Part shown: one piece after another, positions 12,401 to 27,489 of the stretch | How positions within the stretch are numbered: position 1 is the first letter of the stretch | Layout of the letters: every line of letters begins with the position of its first letter | NCBI GenBank assembly: GCA_951406725.2 | Contig: OX597836.1 | Location: 28,086,001 to 28,150,000, forward strand | Origin: Octopus vulgaris | Taxonomy: Eukaryota | DNA: 64,000 nucleotides | Direction of reading: 5' to 3' | Translations under genes and position numbers: made by a program | Notes under the pieces: model-generated | The model's database searches: none | Told to the model about the DNA's origin: nothing | What the model saw: only the letters and a program-made list of their open reading frames with translations

Positions 12401-12571
12401 CTGAAACAGAACAATAAAGCATGGTAAGTCATAGAGGTCAACTGTCCTACAGTTGTGAATATTTCTTCCAGAACCATCGACAAGGAGAAGACTCTTTATT
12501 GACAACTAATTCCTCTACCCTCATTATAATTTTAGATTTACACTTATAGTCATTGGTTATATTAGAGAATA

Positions 12572-13020
12572 GTTATTTCTTTATTACCTACAGGGAACTA
12601 AACATAGAGGGGACAAACAAGGACAGACAAACGGATTAAGTAGATTAGATCGACCCCAGTTCGTAATTGGTACTTATTTAATCGACTCCGAAAGGATGAA
12701 AGGCAAAGTCAACCTCGGCGGAGTTTGAACTCAGAACGTAACAGGACACGAAATACCTATTTTTTTACTTCCCACAAGGGGCTAAACACAGAGAGGACAA
12801 ACAAGGACAGACAAACGGATTAAGTCGATTATATCGATCCCAGTGAGTAACTGGTACTTATTTAATCGATCCCGAAAGGATGAAAGGCAAAGTCGACCTT
12901 GGCAGAATTTAAACTCAGAACGTAGCGGCAGATAAAATACCTATTTCTTTACTACCCACAAGGGGCTAAACACAGAGAGGACAAAGAAGGACAGACAAAC
13001 GGATTAAGTCGATTATATCG
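12572..13020 (-). mobile_element. Tandem Nin/Deu-domain-like SINE units (~2.5 copies)
   Basis: Reverse complement gtcgactttgcctttcatcctttcgg..tcgattaaataagtacca repeats at ~184-bp period. Confidence 0.85.
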
Positions 13021-13029
13021 CGATTTAGG

Positions 13030-13260
13030 CTGATCATGGCTTTTGTGGGATAAGGTGTCTCCACACAGATCGGTCTTTCGATTAAGTTCGCCATTTACTA
13101 TGATGAATTCCTTTCCACTTCATATTCCTTTTTGCAGTATCGTTGAATCTCAGTCAAGGTCTTCCATGGTTTCTTTTCCCCGTACATAGTTGGGAGTAGA
13201 GCATTTGCCTAATTTGTCCCAGTTGTCTCATTAAATATGCATGTAACTTGTCAACATGAC
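13030..13260 (-). mobile_element. RTE-clade LINE 3' fragment
   Basis: Minus-strand GKRNHGRP*LRFNDTAKRNMK...KDRSVWR, typical of RTE ORF C-termini. Confidence 0.55.
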
Positions 13261-13549
13261 TTTTTTATAAACTCTCTAGGTTTCAGCTCCAAACGATAGA
13301 GAAGAAAGAAAGCACTATAGCCTAGAGTAGAGGTCGGGAAATTTTTTTAACCAATCACCCCAAAATGTATTTATTTACGCAGACGTTACCCCCTTGATTT
13401 GAAAGGAAGAAAGTCATAGATTCTCTGTATTCAAAAGGTTTGTTGAACCTATTTACACATCCATTACACTGGACAGATGCAGAGCTAACAGAAGTATAAA
13501 TCTCTTTCGTAACAAGGAACACGTTTCTTATATAATTTTACTTATATTT

Positions 13550-13843
13550 GTAAGTGGATTTGGTAGACGGAAACTGAAAGAAGCCCGTCGTATATATGTA
13601 TATATATATATATGTATGTGTGTGTATATGTTTGTGTGTCTGTGTTTGTCCCCCCAACCTCGCTTGACAACAGATGCTGGTGTGTTTACGTCCCCGTAAC
13701 TTAGCGGTTCGGCAAAAGAGACCGATAGAATAAGTACTAGGCTTACATAGAATAAGTCCTGGGGTCGATTTGCTCGATAAAAGGCGGTGCTCTAGCATGG
13801 CCACAGTCAAATGACTGAAACAAGTAAAAGAGGTAAAAGAGGT
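13550..13843 (+). mobile_element. SINE family A, 5'-truncated
   Basis: gtggatttggtagacggaaactgaaagaagccc...aatgactgaaacaagtaaaag. Confidence 0.85.
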
Positions 13844-14457
13844 ATTAAAATATGTAAATATTCAAAACATATTAAAATAAAAACATTAACTCATGGAAAA
13901 AAACAGATAATTAATTATTTAATTAGAATATAACCATTATTTTATAATGAAGATTGTTTACAAATATATTTATTTGTAACAGAGACGCTGCTCAATCCTT
14001 TGTTATTTTTAGGAACATATAAACTTTCTAAGTTTAAACAAAACCTGTATCTAAAAACTATTTACAATAGTATCAATTCTTTCAATTATCAGGTAAGTAT
14101 AATAATTATACTAATAGAAGCGTTACCTGGTAAAAAAAAAAAAAAAAAAAACTGGACCAGAACGAAAACTGCGGGCACAAAATTCTGGAATATTCTTAAG
14201 AATTGAACCCGGTAAAGTACAGAACAATCAATAATTAAGCCCGAAACTTAGTTAATACATTTCATTTCAAAAAATTTCTTTGTATTAAGCTAAAACATTT
14301 ACCCTATTTTTTGCATGATATTATTTTTTTAATTTCATTTTCTTAACAAAACTCATCAACCAAAACTTTTAAATCACAGATAAAGTGTTATAGAATTAAA
14401 TTCACGTAGAAAGTGTACCAACAGTTTATATGTTTGCACACGCATTTGTGCGCGCGT

Positions 14458-14501
<44 letters not shown>

Positions 14502-14722
14502 CATACATATACATATGTATATATATGTATACATATGCATATATATTTATATAAATGTATGTATATATATATATATATATATACATATGTATATATATAC
14601 ATATACATATAATATATATAAATTAGAGAAAACACTATTATGTAATTCAAACAAATATATATACATATATATACATATATATTTACATATATATACATAT
14701 ATATATATTTACATATATATAC

Positions 14723-14767
<45 letters not shown>

Positions 14768-14995
14768 TGTATGTGTATCTCCTTTGTGTAAATAAGGTGT
14801 GTGGGGATAGGATGTGTGTGTTTATGTTTATATGTAAACACACACACATACATACATACATACATATGCGCGTGTGTATGTGTGTCTACATACACATATA
14901 TAAATATATGCCTTTATTTAAACTGAAACCCTTTTTCGCGTCTCGTGTTTCATATCACTGCAATCGTCAAAAGAACCATAACACACATACATATG

Positions 14996-15029
<34 letters not shown>

Positions 15030-15204
15030 TGCACGCACACATGCACACACACACATGCACACATACACACACACACACGCACGCACGTACGCATGCACAT
15101 ACAGCTTGCTTCTTCTGCGTCTGCCAGTGCAAAAGGTATGCGAGTGATGTACTGAGCTGCTGTCTGCATCTGCGCTGGTGATATTGCGCTCCCATACACA
15201 CACA

Positions 15205-15252
<48 letters not shown>

Positions 15253-15404
15253 TATACATGCACGCACACACACACATACATCTGCAACGAAAATAAACAT
15301 GCAAAGCTCATGCACCTCGGGTACCTTATGTTAACAAACAGATTCATCAAAAACACCAGCATCTGGTTTGGATTTGCCAGATTTCTTCAGCAGTTAACCA
15401 ATAT

Positions 15405-15800
<396 letters not shown>

Positions 15801-15949
15801 GAACATCATCACAGATATTACATGGAAAGAAATAAACGTGAAATTTGGCTCAGAAAAACGTGCCAAAGCAACCTTGAAAAGAGGAAAACTCGTTGAGTAG
15901 CAATATCACACTAGATAAAGCAAATGAAATAAGAGAATTAGACCAAAAG

Positions 15950-16395
15950 GCAGACATGCAAACACTTAGGAATCAATGAACTAGATACGATATAACGCGC
16001 ACAAATGAAAGAAAAGATAAGACAGGACGAGTTAGATTAATACTGAAATTAATAGACGAGTTAGATTAATACTGAAAACAGAGCTCAATGCGAAAAACAA
16101 GATGATAGGTATCAACATTCTAGCCGTCCCAGTAATAAGTTACAGCTACAATATTCTTTACTGGACTCTATATGAACTAATCAAAATAGACAGGAAAGCA
16201 AGAAAAATAATGACAGGATTTAGGATGCATAGCCCAAAATCTGACATAGAAAGGTTATATATAAAACGTATGGAAGGGGTGGTAGAGCCCTTATACAGCT
16301 AGAAAACTATTACAAGATAACCACCATAGGACTACAGAAATGCCTACTTCGGAAGCAAGAAAACTGATACAAATAACCACAAAACACGAACAAAA
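15950..16395 (+). mobile_element. R4/Dong-like LINE RT C-terminal fragment
   Basis: RVRLILKTELNAKNKMIGINILAVPVISYS...IDRKARKIMTGFRMHSPKSDIERLYIKRMEG. Confidence 0.8.
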
Positions 16396-17511
16396 AACCT
16401 GTTTTCTGCCAGAAAAGGGGGTTTCTCGCTTTCTTGGTTGGTGCCTGGAATTAAGGGCAAAGTGATCTCTTCTGACATCTCCGGAGTTGTATTTTGTATT
16501 ACCTTAAGAGTAACACATCCCATTGTCTGCGGCTACTGTTTCTGATTTCTTTCATTCAACTCTTTTGGGTAGAAACCCTTAAATGACCATCACTGCTATG
16601 TGTGTAACAGCTGAGATTGCTACCCTGAATGATCAGTTTTAAAACCTTTCTTTCTGCTCCTTGTATAGGGATCAAATCAGGGATCATTTTGTGGTCTTGT
16701 AGAGTTATGAGGGCTTTTACACCATAGTGACCTCTAGCTGACCAAGTATCATAGTGAACTCTACCTGATCATCTAACAATTGTACCACAAGAGTGATCCC
16801 AAACCAAAGATCGACATCGCAACAGTTGCCTTTATAGCGACTCACGTATTAGTCCGTCCCAAATACTTTGAAATCAACTCATGGACACTTGTGTATTGTA
16901 GCAAATGAGCACGTGCTCTCGTCTCCCCACTTCAGTTTTGGGAACATTAAATATCGTACCATACACCCAACCTCTCCCTATGCAGGACATTTTACTCTAG
17001 GGCTGCTACTAATTACACTTTGGAAGGCACGTGATAAACCCTAGTAGCTTTGGAAAAGCACAGATAAGCCTTCTGTTATAACAGCTTCAGGCAAAGAAGC
17101 ACCGGCTTTTGTTACATAATTTTACCACGTAGTAATTCCGATACTCAAATATTCCATATCCAAGCCCTTTTGCTTCACAATACGTTTTCTAAGAGAGGGA
17201 TTCGTAATACTTTCATTTGATGATGTGAGCGAGTGTTGCAATTTTTGTTGTTATCACATGTATTGTTTACAATCTTACTCCTTTCCGCTGAAATGTCAGT
17301 TATAATTTTTCTCAGCAATTTAAGTTTACGCTTATTATTGTTATTGTTATTCTTGTTGTCGTGTCTTTTTAGAGTCTTTTAAAATATTCTCAACAATTTT
17401 GTAATTTACTGTTAAAGAGTATTCCCACACCCCACCACCACTACCAGCACCAGCACCACCACCACCACCACCACCACCGTTTTGATCGTTTTGGATATTT
17501 GTATATCTTAC

Positions 17512-17590
17512 GTTCCTTTTTGTCTTTTTCGCTCGTGAGGTCTGGTGATTCTGTTCGTTTGTGTCTGGCCATTTTCTTACGAGTAGCCAT
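17512..17590 (-). CDS. Candidate first coding exon of an unidentified minus-strand gene
   Basis: aaacATGG context; MATRKKMARHKRTESPDLTSEKDKKE then a phase-1 donor C|GTAAGA; unique sequence. No further exons identified. Confidence 0.35.
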
Positions 17591-17700
17591 GTTTACAAAC
17601 CAGACAAGACCAATTGAAAATTAATGTTAAAGATGAACTTTTGAAATCTTCCACAAAAATGTAACAGACAACAGACACCTCCCTCCATACACACACTCAC

Positions 17701-17742
<42 letters not shown>

Positions 17743-18094
17743 GCACGCGCACACACACATCGTTGGCGCAGTTGTTTGCAGATGAAATAATCCAGAAGAG
17801 ATATAAAAAAAAAAAAATCGTTCGTTTACACCAGCAAATCGACCACGTGATCGGGACGAGCGAGCACACGTCTTGTCAGAAATAGTAATAACATCATCAT
17901 CATCCTCATCATCATCATCATCATCATCATCATCAACCTCATTACTATCATCATCCTCATCATCATCGCTACCAACATCATCATCATCATCATCATCATC
18001 AACAACATCTAATACAATTCGTTCAAAGTTATTGGTAGTGGAGTATGACAATTTTGCACTGTGTCAGTTTATTAGTCAGTTTATAATGCTTGTG

Positions 18095-18430
18095 AAGGCG
18101 CATGGCTCAGTGCTTAGAGCGTCGAGCTTACGATGATGAGGTTGTGAGTTCGAATCCCGGGCCGGGTTGCGTGTTGTGTTCTTGAGCAAGACACTTTATT
18201 TCACGTTGCTCCAGTTCACTCAGCTGTAGAAATGAGTTGCGGCGTCACAGGTGCCAAGCTGTATCGGCCCCGTTGCCTTTCCCTTGGATAACATTGGTGG
18301 CATGGAGAGGGAAGGTCGGTATGCATGGACGACTGCTGGTCTTCCATAAACAACCTTGCCTGGTCTTGTGCCTCGGAGGGGAACTTTCTAGGTGCAGTCC
18401 CATGGTCAGTCGTGACCGAAGAGGGTCTCA
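18095..18430 (+). mobile_element. SINE family B
   Basis: ggcgcatggctcagtgcttagagcg...gagttcgaatcccgg...gagcaagacacttt; homologous to 9101-9450. Confidence 0.88.
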
Positions 18431-18802
18431 GCAAAGTTCGGGCGGAAGAGTTTTTGCAGTATTTTGAAAAACAACTGGTATGGTGCTTATATATGCATGT
18501 GTGAGTGTATATATATATATATATATATATATACATACATATACACGCGTGCGCGCTCACGCACACACACACACACACACGCACACAAACACACACACAC
18601 ACACGCATATATCTATATATCATATGTCGAATTCACTCACAGCGCATTAGTCGGCCCGGGGTTTATAGTAGAAGGAAACTTGTCTCGGGTGCCGCGCTGT
18701 GAGACTGAACTTCAAACCAGATAACTGTAAAACGAGGTTATTAACCACACGGCATCGCATTAACATCTTCCCATCAACTCTACAACTCTATCATTAGGTG
18801 CA

Positions 18803-18972
18803 TGCGTGGCTGTGTGATAAGTAGCTTGCTTACTAACCACATGGTTCCGGGTTCAATCCCACTGCGTGGCACCTTGGGCAAGTGTCTTCTACTATAGCCT
18901 CGGGCCGACCAATGCCTTGTGAGTGGATTTGGTAGACGGAAACTGAAAGAAGCCCGTCGTATATATGTATAT

Positions 18973-19034
<62 letters not shown>

Positions 19035-19225
19035 GTCCCCACCATCGCTTGACAACTGATGCTGGTATGTTTACGTCCCTGTAACTTAGCGGTTCAGCAA
19101 AGAGACCAATAGAATAAGTACTAAGCTTACAAAGAATAAGTTCTGGGTTCGATTTGTATGACTAAAGGTGGTGCTTCCAGCATGGCCGAAGTCAAGTTAC
19201 TGAAACAAGTAAAAGAATAAAAGAA
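18803..19225 (+). mobile_element. SINE family A
   Basis: Full homology to 1044-1472. Confidence 0.88.
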
Positions 19226-19500
19226 TTCCAACAGAAGACATGTAAATGATGTCTGGCTTTATAACTGAAGAATTACAGTCAACCCCCACCTGCTCCCCCC
19301 CCCCCCCGACGAACCCCCTCTTTGCAGCAACATCAAAAAACATCAATTACGGGCAATCATCACACTTAACAAAATAAGCATAACACATACGTACATACAT
19401 GCGTACACGCACGCATGCACACAGACACATACACACACACACACACACTGCATTCCCGAAGTTTTAAAACTTTTTCAGGAGAGGCATTTATTAGTATCAA

Positions 19501-19543
<43 letters not shown>

Positions 19544-19581
19544 CGTGTGTGTTTAAAAGCATGTATACAAATATATATATA

Positions 19582-19633
<52 letters not shown>

Positions 19634-19638
19634 GTATA

Positions 19639-19722
<84 letters not shown>

Positions 19723-19732
19723 CATACATACA

Positions 19733-19764
<32 letters not shown>

Positions 19765-19779
19765 GATATTACTCTTTTT

Positions 19780-19994
19780 TTTTACTCTCTTTTTACTTGT
19801 TTCAGTCATTTGACTGCGGCCATGCTGGAGCACCGCCTTTAGTCGAGCAAATCGACCCCGGGACTTATTCTTTGTAAGCCCAGTACTTATTCTATCGGTC
19901 TCTTTTGCCGAACCGCTAAGTGACAGGGACCTAAACACACCAGCATCGGTTGTCAAGCAATGCTAGGGGGACAAACACAGACACACAAACACGT

Positions 19995-20025
<31 letters not shown>

Positions 20026-20132
20026 CATATATACGACAGGCTTCTTTCAGTTTCCGTCTACCAAATCCACTCACAAGGCATTGGTCGGCCTGGGGCTATA
20101 GCAGAAGACACTTGCCCAAGATGCCACGCAGT
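19780..20132 (-). mobile_element. SINE family A
   Basis: Reverse-complement copy, 5' head truncated. Confidence 0.88.
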
Positions 20133-20304
20133 GAAATACGAGAGTAGAAAAACAGCCAAGAACTGATGAAGGGTCGTTCTTTACGTTGTTTGTCTTGTTT
20201 TCCAATTGTGTCTATCGTTGTTCGAAAAAATAGTTCATATTCCATGTACTCGTACTTCGTATTTTCTTTGCTGTACACGTTTTGTGACGTCCTGTGCCCA
20301 CATA

Positions 20305-20428
<124 letters not shown>

Positions 20429-20669
20429 ATGTATATATATATATACGTATAGATGTAACTATGTACATATACGTATGTATATATGCATATATATAAATAT
20501 ATATATATTATTTATATTATTATATGATTGAACACCTCTTCCAAACATATATATATATACATATATATAGTGCGTGTATGTATGTATGTATGTATGTATG
20601 TATGTATGTATATGTATGTGTATGTATGTGTGTATGTATGTATGTGTATGTGCGTGTATGTGTGTGTAT

Positions 20670-20785
20670 GTCATTGTTCAGTTTTCAAGATTTCTTGCCA
20701 ATAAAGAAAGAGTCGGTTTCCAACCTAGATCCATGGTTTCTGCATTGGAATTTCAACATCAACAACAGAGTATTTTTCTATGTAT
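20670..20785 (-). mobile_element. 3'-terminal module of R4/Dong-like LINE in (ATAC)n
   Basis: tgtcattgttcag...aagagtcggtttccaacctagatcca...cattggaatttcaacatc; same module at 25625, 36365, 46960 and 47735. Confidence 0.7.
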
Positions 20786-20888
20786 GCATGCATGTATGTA
20801 TGTATGTGTGTGTATGTATGTTTGCATGTGTGTATGTATGTATGTATATGTGTATGTGTGTATGTATGTATGTATGTATGTATGTATG

Positions 20889-20919
<31 letters not shown>

Positions 20920-21189
20920 GGATTATTCCTTTGAGACTTTTCAGGAGGAGAGACATTCATTAATTTCAAAGACGTACAAAGCTCAAATCTCCTTCAAAAT
21001 AGGATTTTCTGCCTGCTGTGCACATGTTGGCCACTTCGCGCGGGTCCCATTGGAAGTCCTCCGAAGCGAAGGTGTCCCGGACCCTTGTCACAGCCTCCTT
21101 CGTCTTCTCCTTCAGCTTGGGGAACAAAATTTTGTCAAAAATTTGAAACTAATATTATTGTTGTTGTTATTACTATTCGTGTTGTAAAA

Positions 21190-21560
21190 GTGGCGAGCTG
21201 GCAGAATCGTTAGCACAGTGGACGAAATGCTTAGTGGTATTTCGTCTGCCGCTACGTTCTGAGTTCAAATTCCGCCGAGGTCGACTTTGCCTTTCATCCT
21301 TTCGGGGTCGATTAAATAAGTACCAGTTACGCACTGGGGTCGATAAAATCGACTTAATCCGTTTGTCTGTTCTTGTTTGTCCTCTCTGTGTTTAGCCCCT
21401 TGTGGAGAGTAAAGAAATAGGTATTTTTCGTCCGTCTTTACGTTCTGCTCACGTTTTGTCGATGTCGACTTTGTCTTTCACCCTATCGAGTTCGATAAAT
21501 TATGTACCAGTGAAATACTGGGGGTGATGTAATCGACTTATTCCCTTCCCTAAAACTGGT
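21190..21560 (+). mobile_element. Nin/Deu-domain-like SINE (family D), two units
   Basis: ggcgagctggcagaatcgttag...gagttcaaattcc...gtcgactttgcctttcatcctttcggggtcga. Confidence 0.85.
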
Positions 21561-21599
21561 GCCCATGTGACATTATTATTATTATTATTATATTATTGA

Positions 21600-21945
21600 G
21601 TGAGAGAGCAGTTCATGCCATCAAAGTGACACTGGGGTAAAATATACGAAGCCCAATATACCCATCATGACTACCCGTCTGATAAAGGTACACCAGGCAC
21701 ATGCATCACAACCATATGTGCGCGACATAGTGATCTCATATCAGGATAAACAGCACATGACCTTGCAGGTGGGGCCCAGTTAGAATTTTCTTCAGGTTGA
21801 GTAGCCCATCCCCCTCAAACGGTCCCTGAATAAGGGTTGTTTAAGGATGTTGAAAGAACCACCCATGTTTCCAGAGGTGAACTATTTAAACCCCAAATAA
21901 TCCCTCTCAACACATGGCTATGATGCTCCCCCACTACTTCTGCTC
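21600..21945. mobile_element. (ATT)n-associated interspersed repeat (also 26420-26640 and 26690-27230)
   Basis: catgccatcaaagtgaca.tggggtaaaa...acaccaggcacatgcatcacaaccatatg...cccatgtttccagaggtgaa shared between copies. Confidence 0.75.
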
Positions 21946-21991
<46 letters not shown>

Positions 21992-21993
<2 letters not shown>

Positions 21994-22865
21994 GGTGGTG
22001 AGCTGGCAGAATCGTTAGCACGGTGGACGAAATGGTTAGCGGTATTTCGCCCGTCGCTACGTTCTGGGTTCAAATTCCGCAGAGGTTGACTTTGCCATTC
22101 ATTGTTTCGGGGTCGATAAATTAAGTACCAGCTGCGTACTGGGGTCTATCTAATCGACTAGCCCCCTTTCCCAAATTCCAGGCCTTGTGCCAAGATCAGA
22201 AAGGATTACCATTATTATTAAGGAGGTGAGCTGACAGAATCGTTAACACGCCGGGCAAAACGCTTAGCGCCATTCCGTCCGTCTTCGTGTTCTGAGTTCA
22301 AATTCTGCCGAGGTCGACTTTGCCTTTTATTCTTTCGGGATCGATAAATTAAGCACCAGTGATGCAACCCTTCCGGAAAAAAGTTTCAGGCCTTGTGCCT
22401 TTAGTAGAAAGGATTATTATTATTGCTGTTGTCAAGGCGGCAAGCTGGCAGAACCGTTTATGCACTGGGTGCTCAACAGCATCTATTCTAACTCATTAGG
22501 TTCTGAGTTCAAATTCTGCCGAGGTCGACTTTGCCTTTTATTCTTTCGGGGTCGATAAATTAAGCACCAGTGATGCAACCCTTCCGGAAAAAAGTTTCAG
22601 GCCTTGTGCCTTTAGTAGAAAGGATTATTATTATTGTTGTTGTCAAGGCGGCAAGCTGACAGAACCGTTTATGCACTGGATGCTCAACAGCATCTATTCT
22701 AACTCATTAGGTTCTGAGTTCAAATTCCGCCGAGGCTTACTTCGCTTTCCCCTCATTTCGAGAGTCGACAAATTAAGTACCCCCGTTAAGCAATGGGGGC
22801 CAATCTAATCAACTGCGCCCCTCCCCCCCCTGAAATTACTGGGCTTGTCCCAAAAATTTTAAACC
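21992..22865 (+). mobile_element. Cluster of four family D SINE copies separated by (ATT)n
   Basis: Heads aagg.gg..agctg.cagaa at about 21992, 22220, 22435 and 22645; part is a recent ~210-bp tandem duplication. Confidence 0.8.
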
Positions 22866-23747
22866 ATTATTATTATTGTAGCTATTGTTGTTTTTTCCTT
22901 TTGTTGCTGTTGTTGTAGTTGTTGTAGTTGTTGTTGTTGTTGTTGTTGTTGTTATTAATAATGCCCTCATTTTTTGCTGCTGTTATTGCATTTTTCTTGC
23001 TGCTGCTGTCAAGTGACATTAAAACCCAAAGTATTGCTAGATAGTTTCAAAGGTCAGTTGGTTAGAATGTCGAGGAACGAGGGGGAGGGGTTTATTTTAT
23101 GGATGTGTCTATGTATTTATATAAGTAGATGCGTATGCAACGGTGGTAGTGGTAGTGGTAGTGGTAGTTGGGGGGGGGGGCGTTCTGCTCTCATCTATCA
23201 CTCGCACCGCCACAGGGGAAAAAAAAAAAAAAAAGAACAACAACGACGACGACGACCTAACGAGGAATGCCCTTACGTGGTGACTCGACCTGCAAGAACT
23301 AACAACCGATTTCTCCCTCCAATTAGACTGCTGTGTTACGAAAAGAACAAAAGGACAAGGACGCATCAGATATAAAGTTGTCCCAGATAGCTGGAAAAAA
23401 AATGAATCGAACGTGATGGGCACGGCTGGAAAGGCTTTGGCCCTGTACACGTTTTATCAGAGCTGATGTGATCTTGGACAACACTATCACCACTACCACT
23501 GCCACCACTACTAAAACTACTACTACAAATACTACTACTACTACTACTACTACCCAAACACTACAACTACCACCTTCATCACTACCACTACTACCTCCAT
23601 CACTCTTACAGGATGAAATACTAAACCAAAGAACGGTTCTGTTATTTTCCTATCAAATACCTCACTAATAAGGGTGCCATTTACCTCCCTAGTTTGGGGT
23701 GGAGGCTCCCAGCTACAGACATACATGCATACATATGCATACATATG

Positions 23748-23794
<47 letters not shown>

Positions 23795-23801
23795 AGAAAG
23801 T

Positions 23802-23869
<68 letters not shown>

Positions 23870-23902
23870 ATATATATATATATATTTATTTATTATATTT
23901 AT

Positions 23903-23941
<39 letters not shown>

Positions 23942-24003
23942 CATACATATATATACATATATATACAGGCATAACTCTAAATACATTACATATATGGACA
24001 TGC

Positions 24004-24038
<35 letters not shown>

Positions 24039-24055
24039 CATACACATACACATAC

Positions 24056-24090
<35 letters not shown>

Positions 24091-24094
24091 TTAT

Positions 24095-24235
24095 AAAATG
24101 AGATAGGGGTTGAAAATTCAACCCACCATGGGATAATATATATCCAATATACTGCTAGATAGGTACCCAACAAAAATTAATACATAGATGTTAGAAATTG
24201 TCAAGCAATCAGTTCATCTATTGTATTAAATGGGT
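24095..24235. repeat. TA-flanked interspersed repeat homologous to 61605-61720
   Basis: gagat.ggggttg.aaat.caacccaccatgggata...atccaatatactgctag..aggtacccaacaaa. Confidence 0.8.
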
Positions 24236-24463
24236 AAGGGTAATAATATTACAAATTAATACTATATATATATATATATATACAGTCATATGTGTGTGTG
24301 TATGTATGCACATCCTCTGTATACATTGATAAATAAATATATATATATGCATATGTATATATGCAAATATATATATATATATATATATACACGCAAACAC
24401 ATATATATACATATATCTGTATATGCATATATATATATATATATATATACATATATCTGTATA

Positions 24464-24515
<52 letters not shown>

Positions 24516-24643
24516 CACACATACATAGCTACATACACACACGCACACACGCATACATTTTCGAGTGTGCGTGTGTATCTTAGTCTTTAGACTATGTCAG
24601 CTGACTGCTCAAAAGAATGAAGACCTTTGAAAAGTGCATCGTT

Positions 24644-24711
<68 letters not shown>

Positions 24712-25289
24712 TGTGTGTGTGCGTGTGTGTGAGTGTGTGCGTGCTTGTATGAGTATACGTATGTACGTATGTATTTGTGTATGATTTATATGTATTTATA
24801 TATAATTATGCATGTATGGGCGTATGTATGGTGGGGAAGCGAAGAAGTTCAGTTTCGGGTTCGATGCCTGCACGTGTCATCTAGTTCCACTATCTTTTAT
24901 ATTAATCGCGGATTAACCTAGGCCTTGTTGGTGAAATGAGGAAACGGAAACTATGCGAAGCCTCTTGTATGGATTTTAACTGTAATTCGAAGGTCCGGTC
25001 TTGCTTTATACAGTGCCATGCAGGTTCTGCCTCAAATTTACTTTAAGGGTATATACGCCTACGGAATACTCAGCCTCAAACATTGTATATTCATGAAATG
25101 AAAAGGTAATTTGGTTAATTGAACGACTAGGATAGTCATCATCGAAAACGGCGAAGGACAATTTACTTTTTTAATGTATGTGCATGTGTTATATGTCTAT
25201 GAGTGTATGTGAATTTTTGTGGGTGGGTGTCAATATATAAATGTATTTAATTATGCATGTATGCATATATATGTATACATATGTATTCC

Positions 25290-25329
25290 TACATACATAC
25301 ATACGTATATACATACATACATACATACA

Positions 25330-25363
<34 letters not shown>

Positions 25364-26135
25364 CACATGCATACATACATACACATACCTACATACATCC
25401 ATACATACATACATACACACACATGCATACATACATACACACACACATACATACATACGTACATACATACATACATACATACATACGTACGTATATACAT
25501 ACATACATACATACATACATACATACATACATACATACGTACATACATACATACATACATACATACATACATACATACATACATACATACATACATACAT
25601 ACATACATGCATACAATACATACAAAATTACCCTGCTTTTGATGTTGAAATTCCAATGAAGGGGCCTTGGATCTAAGTTAGAAACCGGCTCTTTCTCTAT
25701 TGGGAAGAATTCTTGAAATAAAAATGAACAATGACATACATACATACATATACATACATACATACATACATACATACATACATACATACATACATACATA
25801 CATACATACATACATACATAAGTACGTACGTACGTACGTAGACACACACATACATACATACATACATACATACATACATACATACCCACATACATACATA
25901 CATACATACATACATACATACATACATACGTATGTACGTACGTACATGCATACATACATACATACATACATACATACATACATACATACATACATACATA
26001 CATACATACATACATACATACATACATACATACATACGTACGTGCGTGCATACATACATACATACATACATACATACATACATACATACATACATACATA
26101 CATACATACATACATACATACATACATACATACAT
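25290..26135. repeat. (ATAC)n microsatellite with embedded LINE 3' module (25625-25735)
   Basis: Tetranucleotide arrays flank gatgttgaaattccaatgaagg...tagaaaccggctctttctctattgg...aatgaca. Confidence 0.9.
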
Positions 26136-26419
26136 AAGAAGAAATGTATGTAGAGACAGAGTGATCAACTGCCCTGCTGATGCGAATAACTTTTCGAAAG
26201 TCAAATGGAAAGAGAAAAACGATAGACGACTCTTTCGAAAGCTTCAGTTTTAATACTCGAATCATAAATTCACATCAATATCAATAATAATTGGTGTTCT
26301 TGGCTTTGTGAGTAAATGCCTCTAAGTGACAATCTGAATTAACCGGGGGTTTTGGAAAAAAAGAAATCAACCTGCCAACACACACGTTACAAATACAATC
26401 TGCATCAATAAAAGCCATT

Positions 26420-27230
26420 TAAGGATGTTGAACGAAACCCCCATGTTTCCAGAGGTGAATTATCCAAACCCCAAAGAATTCCTCCCAACATATGGCTATG
26501 ATGCTCTCCTACTACCTCTGCTCGTGATCAGAGATGCACATATCGTCAGCCACCAAGGAACACGCTCAACTGGTTAAGGTCAAACAACTGACAAACAAAT
26601 CTGTGGTATTGAGCAGAATATTTGTTGTAGATCATCTTTTACATTATTTTATTAATTTTATTATTATCATTATTATTATTGAGAGAGAGAGAGGGCAGCG
26701 CATGCCATCAAAGTGACAATGGGGTAAAAATATATGAAGCCCAATATACCCACCATGACTACCCTTTTGATAAGGGTACACCAGGCACATGCATCACAAC
26801 CATATGTGCACAATATAGTGATTTCATATGAAGATAAACAGCGGATGACTTTGTAGGTGGGACCCAGTTAGGTTTTTCTTCAGATCGAGTAGCCCATCCT
26901 GCTCAAAAGGTCCCTGAATATGGTTTTTTTTTTTAAGGATAATGAACGAAACACCCATGTTTTTAGAGATGAATTATTCAAACCCCAAAGAATTCTTCTC
27001 AACACATGGCTATAATGCTCCCCAACTATTTCTGCTCGTGATCAAAGATGTGCATATCGTGGTCCTCTAAAGGACATGCTTAACTGGTTAAAGTCAACCG
27101 ACTTAGTAGTATTGTGCAGAATATTTGCTGTAGCCCATCTTTTATACCAAGACAAAACAATGTACATGATAACACTTCCTGTCAGTTAAGATCAAAAGTC
27201 ATGAGAGCCAATGCCTGGTACTTTATCAGG
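26420..27230. mobile_element. Two copies of the (ATT)n-associated repeat
   Basis: Homology to 21600-21945. Confidence 0.75.
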
Positions 27231-27434
27231 GTATTGATTATTATTATTATTATTATCATCATCATCATCATCATCATTATTATATTATTATTCTTTTTTT
27301 ATCATTTCATTGTACATAAACCCCCAGACACTTCATTGTACATAAACCCCCTCATTCTTCGCCCCTGTAGAAAATAAGTGAAATCATTATTATTATTATC
27401 ACTATTATTATTGCTGTTGTTGTTGTTGTTGTTG

Positions 27435-27489
<55 letters not shown>

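Noticed and set aside
16400-17200. Non-repetitive stretch that might be coding
   Set aside because: No long ORF, splice pair or recognisable motif; probably old TE debris.
18095-18170. tRNA-like sequences at SINE heads (also 9101, 11524, 52428, 57299)
   Set aside because: They continue into SINE bodies and lack complete acceptor stems.
22974-23470. 133-aa ORF in a unique island
   Set aside because: No ATG at the predicted start, low-complexity content and no domain; any regulatory role cannot be shown from sequence.
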